In this document: positions 53,425-64,000 of the stretch, one piece after another
Layout: each line of letters starts with the position of its first letter
How positions within the stretch are numbered: the stretch's first letter is position 1
Assembly: GCA_951406725.2 (NCBI GenBank)
Contig: OX597817.1
Location: 169,942,001-170,006,000, forward strand
Direction: 5' to 3'
Length of the DNA: 64,000 bases
DNA from: Octopus vulgaris
Lineage: Eukaryota
Position numbers and translations under genes: made by a program
Notes under the pieces: generated by a model
Seen by the model: the letters and a program-made list of their open reading frames with translations, nothing else
Database searches by the model: none
Told to the model about the DNA's origin: nothing

Positions 53425-56400
53425 TACTATGATTAGCCTAGAATGAGTAGGGAAGATTAATATGAAATAAATATAACTGAATGAAATTTGTGTAGAATTT
53501 GATAGCAACAGGATATTAATGAATATTTGCAAGCCATTTTAGAGCCAAACATTGCAAAGATTATTATGTAGAGAGTTTTCTAAGGGAGATAAAATTAATA
53601 TACCAGTGAAAAGAATTGAAATACAAAATCAAAGATGATGACAATTGGCACCCATGTTTGTAAACAGAGTAAGGATAATACTTTCTCACAAAGTAAGCAG
53701 CAGACAACAATAACAACATTTCATGTTGATAAAAAATATCAGAGCTAGGAAATGTCTGGTTTCTTAAAAGGATGATCTTAAAGGATATTTGAAGTAATAT
53801 ATCAAACTCCAATGTTGTAGGTATAACACAAAGTTCCCAAAAGATGCCAGTATATATTTCTGTGCTGCCTGCTGCAGGAACTTAAGCGTTTGTTACCACA
53901 GAAAATACTGTGACAGTCTGGTGTGCAGATAAACTAAAACTAAACAACATGTTCAGATATAAATCTACTTAGGTACTATTTCAAACTAAAGCGTCTCAAG
54001 GAAGTAACTGTGAACTGTGAAGGTGTTCCCTTCACTATTCTTTATGATTTGACTGGAATGTTTGGTGATTCTGGTTGATCAAATACTCACACACTTAGAA
54101 TTCAAAAATTCCATGAATTACTTCCTATTCTCAATAACCAAACATCTATGAATTTCTTAATATGTTTGAATTCATGATGTGTTCCTATGTTAGTGACACC
54201 ACACTTGTAAGTATTACAAACTTAAATTACTAATTTGAAATAGTGGTAGTGTTGAAGAGACTTTGTCCACAAAACTCTCACCTAGACAACAAATGAAAGG
54301 TTTAACAGGCTACTTTAACTGGTTTAGAAGTCATCAGAAAGAAAGGTTTATACTGATCTGATTCTCTGCAGTACATAAATAAAGTATCAGGGCTTATAGT
54401 ATCTAGTTTTAGAGTTGTCCAAAATATCTACTGAGAGGTTTTAAACCATCTTAATATTAACATTAATTTTTTTATTTTTTAAGAAATGCAACCAAACCTG
54501 AATCGACATGTTCAAATTCCCCATTAACAGCATCAGTTTCCTAGATCTGAACAATGTTTCTTTCTCCCTCTCACACACACAATGCTGAAAATATTACAAA
54601 ACTTTATCAAGTTATTTCTATTAGAATGCTCATCAGAGAAATCAATAGCTTTTTACTTGCAATGAGTTTAGTGTATTCTGCCAAAGAAACTTAGTACATC
54701 GCAAGTAAGGTTAGTACATTGCAAGTAAGGTTAGTACATTAAAGGCAAGTGAAATAGTTGGATAACAGGAAGTTTACTGTGCCTTAGGAAGAGCAAACTA
54801 AGAACATAAGACAGATAGTTTGCAGCATTATGTAGAATAATATTCAGTGCTGGACTATTTAGTCAGATTATCAATTTACATTACATTGTATTCATGTCTG
54901 TTCATATATCAAGATAAAGAATGTATGTTGGCAACAGTCACAGGTTGGCTGATCTGTAACCTAACTCTTCTCAGTTCATGATGTGTTTGGCACCAGATGC
55001 ACTGATATTATTAAATTTAGCCTGCATTACAATTTATATCATGCTTTGGAGAAAGAAATGTATTTTGATGCAATACTTTAATTTAATTAAGAAGAGCAAG
55101 AATCTTTTATAATTATTGTGTTTTAAACACTTTGAAAATATTTTGCAGGTTGATTTAGAAATAAAATTTTTATCATCCCTTGCCAAACTTTTACACAGAA
55201 AACTATTTAATTTGCATCAAATGGTAGAATCTATATAGATTGAATTTAAAAGAAATATAACAGGGAAAAAAAAAATTATAAAATGCTGAAAATTAGCCAA
55301 GAAAAAGATAAGGCCCCCAAGGAAATTGCTTGAAAATAGGATGTAAAATTAATGATTAGTTAAACAGATGTCATCCTCACATGTAGAAATCTCTACGCAT
55401 TATTTACCGTGAAATGTTTTAAAGCAATTACTACCTTATCACACATATATTTAATTTATATATATTTACTGCATGTTGCTAAATATGTAATTTATTATAT
55501 TCATCAATATTATAAGATATAATATGCTGTTTAATTAAATTCTTATTGGGCATGTATGATAGTGATTCTGGGACAAATCTTATCTACATGTGAACACATC
55601 AGATCCATACCCATCTCACATAACTGGACACAGTGAATGGCCCTGGTTGTAATTCAAGTTGACCTCTGCAAGAAAATGGCATACCTAGAAGAAATTCACA
55701 GCTACATACTATTGTGTTACATTCAAAGAAATCAGCAAAACAGAATAAGATTTTTTTTTTTCAAACGTGTTTTTCACTGAAGAATAAGCAATATGAAAGA
55801 AAGACAAATTAAATCAATAGTTTTTATCAGTTTGTAGATAATTAAATATATTGATTTTTCTAGACAGAAAACAATATTAATAAGATCCAAAATTCTCTAT
55901 CTCATAAGTTCGAAACATTTATCCTTCATAAATGTTCTAAAATAGTTTTATTCTCAATAAAAAAAAAATAATAATTTAAAAGCAAAGTTTTGATATATTT
56001 CAACTGGAATTGGTTAAGTTTTAGCTTAAGAGATATAACTTCCAGAGAAATCCACAAGAATATGAAATGACTTAAAGAAATCAATAAAAAAAGTAATGAT
56101 AACATGTTTAGTATCTAAAGTATAATATATACTTTCATGAGGAATGATATATGAAAATATAAATACTATCCACAAGACAGTATTAAAAATAATATAAACT
56201 ACTCCAAACAAATACAAACATTAGGGTTTTATGAGGAAGCTTTAAGCAATTACTCAAACTGGTAGAAATAATAGTCTAACATCTCATCAAACCATAGCCA
56301 ATTTTCTGATCAAAGGAAAGAAGCTACATTTCAATTGGGATTTTTTCAACTATCTGTTGGATGCAACTTCTAACCATTGTCATTTTCCTTTCCCCCTTCT

Positions 56401-57488
56401 TCAATGAGAAGAGGCAGGATTTAAACTCAGAAAACAACAGAGTTGGAACAGACATTGCAAGACATCCCTTCTGGCATTGTAATTATTCCTTCAATCTGTA
56501 TCTGTACCTTGTTTATCAACTCTTAAAAGGATGCAATGAAATGCAAAAGTTGACTGGCAGAATTTTAGCTTACAACACACACACACACAGAGCAAATATT
56601 GCAAAGCATTCTATACAATCTTCTAACAACTCTGCTGACTTAAATAATAGTCAAATCTTTCTCAAATCACACCATACATCTTAGAAGAAAATAATACAAC
56701 AGAAAATATAGTCTTAGGTACACTGTGTCTAAGAAAACAAAGAACAAGATGGTCGCAGATGAATGCTATTACCATCTATAAGTCTGCTAGATCAAGTTTG
56801 ACCAGAGACTATACAATAAAAACTCGCGCATCACAATAATAGCCTGATAACTTAAAAGTGTTTTCAATTTTGCAGTTCTTATATGAAGCTATCAGCTTCA
56901 ATACTAAAAACTTTATCTTGAAATATGTATGTTAATGTATGAAATATACTATTTCAATGAAAATATCCAGGCTCTGTTTGTTCATTCATGTTTTAAACAT
57001 TATTTTGGACCATTTCAACAGAATGTTCTATTAACAAGAATTGGGGTACATTGTTTGTTTTTTTTATTCAATTTGAAAATAAGAAATATCATAAAAATAT
57101 AGATATTCCAATCAATATATTAGAAGTAAAAAAATCAATAACAGTTAAGATTACAAGAATTGACATACAATCAAAAGATTAAACTAAGCTAATATAAATA
57201 TTTGATCTCACTTGATAAAAAATGCAAAGAAAAACAGAAGACTTGATACAAATCATAACATCATAATGAAATGCATTAAAGTGATTGTCACTAAAATGAA
57301 AAACAAGTGAGGAAAAAATTTGTCTATCCAAGAGTTATATGGTAATGATGTTGGAATAGTATCAGCTCTTCCAGGCTATGAGTCATATAAACCGACAAAA
57401 TCAGAGACTATAACAAGCTGTGAGACAAAAGAATAAAAGAATTAATAATAGAATCAGAATATATCATAAAAGTGTCTATGATACTTAC

Positions 57489-57514
57489 TTGTTCATTTCG
57501 TCTTGAACGGCTTC
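57489..57514 (-). CDS. AP1AR: AP1AR/Gadkin coding microexon (26 nt), EAVQDEMN(K)
   Basis: Minus strand reads ttttgaattttctatttctag|GAAGCCGTTCAAGACGAAATGAACAA|gtaagtat, a strong acceptor and donor. It ends 2 nt into a codon, matching the start of the 19982-20078 exon (AA+G=K, giving ...EMNKPLTDFEK). Positionally equivalent to the segment preceding RPLTEEE in vertebrate AP1AR. Confidence 0.75.
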
Positions 57515-57621
57515 CTAGAAATAGAAAATTCAAAAGAATAATAAGTATTTACGATTCTGAATTTTAAAGTAGGGATATTTAATAAATTAAATTTGGAAGA
57601 AAATTTTGATTATAGTAATTA

Positions 57622-58007
57622 CTAGCAGTATCGCCCGGCGTTGCTCAGGTTTGTAAGGGAAATAACTATAAAGCCTTTTTAGAGAGTTATAGCCAAAAAA
57701 TAGCAAAAAAATGGGAAAAAAATGATGGTAAATTTTTTTTTGAGATTAAAAAAAGGTGGAGTTGCGTCCCCTAGACAGTTTGTGGTTCGTGTTTCTGATT
57801 CCCGACCCCATGTCGAATTTATCGATTTTTTTCAGAAGTGGGGGAACTTTTCAAAATTTTCGCTGCGTTAGTTTTGAATTATGACATTGGGCTATAAGTG
57901 TGTCAAGTTTCATCAGAATCGGTTGATAGCCATGGTCAGAGTGAGGGTACGAGAAAACAGACACACAGAAACACACACAGACAAACTGCCGTTTATATAG
58001 AGAGAGA
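57622..58007 (-). mobile_element. Non-autonomous Helitron
   Basis: Minus strand A|TCTCTCTCTATATAAA...CCTGAGCAACGCCGGGCGATACTGCTAG|T. 5'-TC, subterminal hairpin, 3'-CTAG, inserted in AT, no TSD. Confidence 0.85.
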
Positions 58008-59567
58008 TTATTCAATTAACAGAACAGAAAATGATAAAGATACAATGGCAGTTAAGTAAAAGGATTGGATTACTGGTTTTGGGGTCAAACTTTAATAGAA
58101 GTGATCAATTTATTTTTTTTTTAGTAAGACATGTCACTCTAGTTTGCGATTGGTTTAAAAAACCTTCCACTCAGATTTCACAGTTGAATACTTAACAGGA
58201 GAAAGAACATCCAACTGATAATAAAAAAAAGTGGAAAGCAAAAAAAAAACTAATATTCCAATGAAAATTATCTCAACCTCATAAACATGCAAAAATATAT
58301 GTAAAATAGTTGGGTCTCACATGTAACATAGGCAGTTGATTAATTTGCATTATTCATGCAATTAGTTGACAAAAACTCTCTCTAGAGGTGTTAAAAATCT
58401 AAAAAATAAAGCAAGAACTATAACTTCAATATTGGATTTTGGGGAAACATAAAAAATGCAGATAGGAGTGGATGATACTGATCTTCTTTAGATCACATGG
58501 ATTTATGATACATAATTTCCTGTTTTAAAGTTATCTAAACTAAAAGCTTCTATAAAAATTTCATATTAATTGATGTTCCTAACATCAACTTCATAATGAT
58601 AATTATTTAACTAAATTGATTTTGATTTTGATTTTTCCAGTTTCAGCTCATTAGCTGTGGCCATGCTGGGGCACCGTCGTTATTTTCAAAATTAATTGAC
58701 ATAAAGGCAGAGGTGTTCAACAGAAATATAGTGACCAAAGGATTAAACCTTGATAATAGCAACTAGCAGAATAGTTAACCTTTTCTCCTTTTATTTGGAG
58801 TGGAAAGTAAATCACCATCATCATTTAATGTCCATTCTCCATGCTGACATAGGTTGGACAGTTTGACAAGAGCTGGCCAGCCAGAGAGTTGCACCAGGCT
58901 AGATATAGTTATTTATTTTTCAATGCAATGTATACAGTGCAAGTTCAGATCTAATTAAAGTTAAGTATTCTATATTGTTTCTTTATCTCATGACCCGTAA
59001 ATGCATGTTTTGATATATTTCATTGGTAGAACTCATGGACAATATATTATTAGTAAATTTAAGTCAAATTTAAGTTCAGTTTTTTCAAGTTGTGTAATAA
59101 TGATAGGTGTGCAAAGAAAATGAAATAGGAGAGCAAACAGAGATACTTTTGCTCATCAAGCTGTTCAGCATTTAGTAACAGTTCACTGGGTAAATTTATT
59201 TGAACATTAGATAATTACTTCTAGCTGTCCTCCCCACCAAAAGAGAGAGGAGGGAGAGAAAATAAAACAGTGAACTTATTCTGTTAGTTGGAAGTCAGTA
59301 GAAGAGGGGAAATGACATGTGAATGCTAAAAAAAAGTTACTATATTAATGTTAGAAAAAAATCTAACATCATTCTGAATCAAAAAATTAAAACTATTCCT
59401 GACTATAAATAAACCATTGACTGTTGACTGAAGACTGAAATTGGTTATGTGGTAGAGTAATTCTACTGTGCAACAAATGCTGGTTTCATCCTTAACAAGG
59501 AAAACCTCACCAATTTGAATGAAGTTGTTCAGTGAGAAAATAAAAGAATATAAAATTTCTAAAAACA

Positions 59568-60080
59568 TCTATATATATAAAACTGTAGTTGTGTGAGTGT
59601 CTGTCCCCTTCGATTTAGATTCCTAACTACTCCCACATTTTGCGGTGCAGTGTAACCAAATTCGGGTATCTTATAGTCGTGATTCATATCGAGCCCGTCT
59701 GGCTATTAGCGCGCGTCTACGATGAGTCTACGATTTTAAAAATAATTTAACATCATTTTTTATTCCATTTTAATGCATAATTTTTCGTGTGTCGATGGCG
59801 GCGGAGTTGGCGTCCATGGTCACACCTGCACCTGTTTGCTTCTCCCCCTTCTTCCCTCCCACGTGAAGGTGTGGGGAAGGGAGTGTAAGGAAATCAACGT
59901 CGTAAAGCGTTGTCAAGGAGACCAGCGTTCTTTTAGAACAACGACTTCATGGCTTGAAGACACCAAAACAGAAATGGCTAAGAAAGCCCGAATTGGCATC
60001 TATAAGGGAAGTAACTCTCTAAAAATGCTTATATAGTTATTTCCCTTACAAACCCGAGCAACGCCGGGCGATACTGCTAG
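59568..60080 (+). mobile_element. Non-autonomous Helitron
   Basis: A|TCTATATATATAAAA...CCCGAGCAACGCCGGGCGATACTGCTAG|T. Shares its 3' ~70 bp with 57622-58007. Confidence 0.88.
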
Positions 60081-60396
60081 TTATCAATAAAAATAATACA
60101 GCTATATTTACAAAGAAGTGTAAAAGATAATCCCAAAACTTGTGTATAAAACTATGTACAAAGATTATGAGTAAAAGAAGTTTACCATCAACTGGGTGAG
60201 ATCATTGATGATATTTTACTGATGAACACTAAACAAAATATCAGATCTTATATTTTAAATGGTGCTTCCAGGTGTGCTGCTTTTGAAATCGAAATTCATG
60301 TTTAGAGTTACTAGCATATATTTGTTACACATGTACAGAAAATATAACCACATGTAGCTACTCATAAAGGCATATCTACCAACATGTAACCTATAT

Positions 60397-60775
60397 CAAT
60401 TATAAATAGATTAGTGTTTCACTTCCGGATTCTATCACTCTGTGAAAGTTTCTAGTTCGAATCACACGTGTCTTGAGGTGCGCCGAAGATTTTTCTATTT
60501 GGATATATTTGGGGTACTTAAGTCTGCTCGGAACTTGGTACTTGCTTCTTCCGTGGGTATGAATAAGTGTTTCATTTATGTCTTGCGTATGTGCCGCTGA
60601 AGAGGGGAAAATTTCTTGTGAATTAACCCAGAAATTGGACCACTACGGTAATAACGAATTTTTTAGAGATTTCTATCGGTTTGTTTCGAGACGCATAAAT
60701 TTAATGGTTATCAACAATTTTTTTGTTTCGGCGTATCTGGCATTAGAATTTTTCTTCTGCCCTTATCTTGCAAAT
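60397..60775 (+). mobile_element. Hammerhead-bearing Penelope-like pLTR insertion with 14-bp TSD
   Basis: TACCAACATGTAAC at 60377-60390 and 60776-60789. Motif UGCCG-CUGAAGA-GGGG...CCCA-GAAA-UUGGACCAC-UA-CGGUA at 60592-60650. Confidence 0.6.
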
Positions 60776-61067
60776 TACCAACATGTAACTATATAAAGTT
60801 TTACATTACAACTATCATTTGATTATACATCACCATCATCATCCTTATCCTTAATATCTGTTTTCCCTGCAGGCATGAAATAGACTGGTCTGCAGAATGA
60901 CACATTTCATTTGATCTTCTCTATCACAAAACCCTTCATTCTGCAATCTCTTCTCACCACTTCTAAATGTCTTCCTCTACAACAAATACTCTCTAGTGCT
61001 ATAACATGGAACATTCTCATCCATCACTCACCACCATATTTTACATGCACAACATACTTCTAATATA

Positions 61068-62503
61068 CACTGAACCACAAAAGAAACACGATTTTTTCAA
61101 ATATCATTTTTATATGGTAAATTCTGAAAATTTATTTCGGGGATGTAAGTGTAAAGTCATGCTGGTTTATGACTGAGACCCAAATTGCAAGAAACCTTTC
61201 AACTTTTCCTGAAATGAGACACCAAAACGCAGATGTGTTGAATACCATGGATGGCAGTCACAATCAATTGTCAAGAAAACCGAAAAGCATATGCATCTCG
61301 TGGAGGTTATGGGTATAAAAATCAACTTGAACCGCGTTCCTGGTATTCGTAATTTGGACACATCTGGTATGACCCAATTGTCAGCAGTGCAGAGAGAACA
61401 AGCTATTGGCCGATTGCAAACAGGGCAGGTTACCCTGGTTGTTGTGAAAGCTTACAATATCCATGTCAACACCATCTATTGTCTGCAACATCGATACAAC
61501 AACACCAAAAGAACTGCAGACCATGCCTGTACAGGGCGCCCCCAGTGACCATGCCTAGGCAGGACCACTTCATCTACTTGTAATATCACTGTCATTGCTT
61601 CAGACTGGCCAGCATGACAGCTCACGAGACCATTGGCACCGGATAGTGACCCATCAGCAACGACATGGTATGGTATTGATTGGCTGCCAACAACCCGCAT
61701 TGCCATCGTCCTGCTCAAGGGCCTGTCCTCACCGCCCGCCATTATCAGGCACAACTACAGTGGGCTACACAGCACCAACATTGGCGACATCAACTATGGA
61801 GGTCGATAGTCTCCTCTGATGAGAGCTGGTGCTGTGTTTCCACCTTGAAAGGCAGAGAGTGTGGCGTAGGAGGGGTGAATGCTACAGAGATTCAGGTGTC
61901 ATAGAGAGAGATGCATGGGCTGGCCAAAGCACCATGGTTTGGGGTGCTATAGGCCTGAATCAGAGAATTGGGTTATATGTGTTCCAAAATGTTGGTGCAA
62001 GGAGAGGGAATGGCATCACAGTGCAGCACTACACTGACCAGATCTTAAGACCTCACATCATGCTCTTCTTTGTGTGTCATCATAGCCACGTATTCCAGCA
62101 GGATAATGTTCCCTCCCACATGGCCAGGGTCACCATGGACTTTCTGCATCAGCACAACATCAGAACTATGCCATGGCTGGATCTTAGCCAAGATTTGAAC
62201 CCTTTTGAACACTTGTGGGATGAAATCCAGAGATGGCTGAACCAAGTCGTCCCAAGGCCAACAACTCATGTGGAACTGGAGGCAGCTTTCCTCAGGGTGT
62301 GGGCACAGATGCCAATGGCTTTTGCAAACCGCCTCATGCACTCCATGTGCCAACAGTGTATGGCCATTTTGAACAATCACAGTATTGAACATGTCATCCA
62401 AGAAATTGACTTTATCAGATATATCAAAGTTTATCTCTGACATAATGAAATTAAAACATATTTCACAGTCACACACGTCTCGCATTTCTTTTGTGGTGCA
62501 GTG
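61068..62503 (+). mobile_element. Full-length Tc1 (DD34E) transposon with pseudogenised transposase (~61369-62440)
   Basis: TA|CACTGAACCACAAAAGAAA...TTTCTTTTGTGGTGCAGTG|TA. Broken ORF MTQLSAVQREQAIGRL...GRP*, SDES, MVWGAIG, FQQDN(34 aa)E in SQDLNPFEHLWD, with stops and frameshifts. Confidence 0.92.
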
Positions 62504-62554
62504 TACAGTTACTCTCTCAGTTCACTTGTACTTTAAAGTTAAGAGCATTATATT

Positions 62555-62785
62555 TAACCCTTTAGTATTCTGATGACTGTCAAATATAAAGCTTATTTAT
62601 TCACATTGTTTCGAATTAATCATACATTATCTTGTAGCTCTGAAATTTCAATGATGTGGTTGTTTATTTTTAGAATGACATTGTAGGGTGGGTGTGAGAG
62701 GCTGAATCTTGCTGATCTGAACATAAAAGAGGTAGAATATTTGAGTCACATATGGCTAGTTTAAATGCAAAAGAGCTATGGTTAA
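62555..62785. mobile_element. Degraded piggyBac-type MITE (1966-2187 family)
   Basis: ttaaccctttagtattc...gacattgtagggtgggtgtgagag...tttaaatgcaaaagag. Confidence 0.7.
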
Positions 62786-62899
62786 GTACATTATACTTAA
62801 CTAAGTTCTCCCCAACTTCTATAGATTTTCTTTTGCATTCTATATATAAGTCTTATTAGTAAAGCTATGCTGAACAACATGACTTCTATTCTGCTATTC

Positions 62900-63010
62900 A
62901 TGGACCTGCCAAGGAAGAACCAACAAAAGCAGAAGATGGCAGTATTTTGTCAGATGATAAAATAATCCCAAATCACTGAACCAAATGCTTCAAAAACTTG
63001 CTCAAAGACC
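62900..63010 (+). mobile_element. RTE-clade LINE relic
   Basis: GPAKEEPTKAEDGSILSDDKIIPNH*TKCFKNLLK resembles the RTE linker YGP...DG..L.DK..I..RW.EHF..LLN. May extend to ~63500. Confidence 0.5.
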
Positions 63011-64000
63011 ACCAATTTGCCTCAGATGGCTGACATGATGATCTCTACACTTTAGCACCATTCCTGGTTCATATTCTATTCTTAGCAAATTTTAAATATG
63101 TTGATACCATAACCATCTTAAGAGAAGTTATAAGATCATAAGAAATGAAGGCATGTGTGCAAAGAATGAGTCATAGCTGTGGATCAGATTCAATATCAAC
63201 AAGTGGAAGAAAGTACCACAAGGAGGGAAGGAGACTGATGCTAACTTCTGGCACAAAGGCCATCTTTGTAGCTTCAGTGCTGAATTTTGTGACCAATCAC
63301 TCATCTCAAAGATCAGAAGACACATTCATGATAAATGGAAACATCATCTTCAAAAGAAAGATTACAATGAGTGAGAGAGCACAATGTTCCATCACACCTA
63401 TTACACAAACTTCCTGTGTTAGCTGATACATTTAATATCCAGGCACAAACTCAGCTCAGAGTGAAATCTGGGATCTAAAGAAACTGGAGATGGTCTGCAT
63501 TTGCAACAATTATTCCAAAGGAGAGTTTCATGATTTATGATAAAATTAATTGCTGCAAGGAGTGAAGAATCTAATAAGACCTTGTACTAAATCTGAGTGT
63601 GAGGAAAAAAGAGAAAGTGGTCTTGTAGCTTGGGGGTTTCTCCCTTCCTCTTGTTCAAATAAAAAGCAAAGCCTGAAACATTCTTTTCTATATTACTTAT
63701 AGTAAACAAACTTATTGAACTCTTTCCTAACCCAATACATTTATATGATGATAAACATTAGGCAGAACTCATCAGATCATACTTAAATCTTTCCTTTCTA
63801 GTCTCCAGAGATCTTTCATATTCAATGGTCAAATCACACTATCATGTAGCTTCCCGATATATACTCAAGCTTATACAGTCTGCCTCTCACATTTAAAGAG
63901 AAACGCTATGTTGTTAATAGAGAACATCTAGAATACCTAAATCTCTTTCTTATACTTTTACTATAACCGTCTGCAGCATCAATGAGGTAAAAGAAACAAC

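Noticed and set aside
60186-60228. Minus-strand AG...GT-bounded 43-nt segment as an upstream AP1AR exon
   Set aside because: Stops in all three frames and no similarity to the expected FENLVESDE-like peptide.
61816-61852. CTGATGA...GAAA motif (a similar one lies at ~32001)
   Set aside because: Falls in transposase SDES codons or the LINE ORF, with no proper stems or cleavage triplet.

Overview
AT-rich, repeat-dense eukaryotic DNA. The SINE families, (TA)n/(CA)n tracts and very large introns suggest an octopus or other coleoid cephalopod (inference). The window lies inside one minus-strand gene, AP1AR/Gadkin (gamma-BAR). Four phase-compatible coding exons were found (57489-57514, 19982-20078, 2239-2405, 982-1064), separated by introns of about 37.4 kb, 17.6 kb and 1.2 kb; the gene start and end lie outside the window. 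The introns hold decayed mariner and Tc1 transposons, piggyBac-type MITEs, two non-autonomous Helitrons, a solo LTR, CR1/L2/RTE LINE relics and several SINE families. The most striking signal is a set of Penelope-like, ORF-less fold-back elements carrying type-I hammerhead ribozyme motifs (CUGANGA...GAAA...NUH, mostly with a palindromic minimal stem III, several with a long stem II). Some lie sense to the pre-mRNA inside near-perfect hairpins just downstream of an exon. Nearly all other ORFs in the supplied track are microsatellite or repeat artefacts. All calls were made by eye, repeat boundaries are approximate, and no ribozyme activity has been demonstrated.
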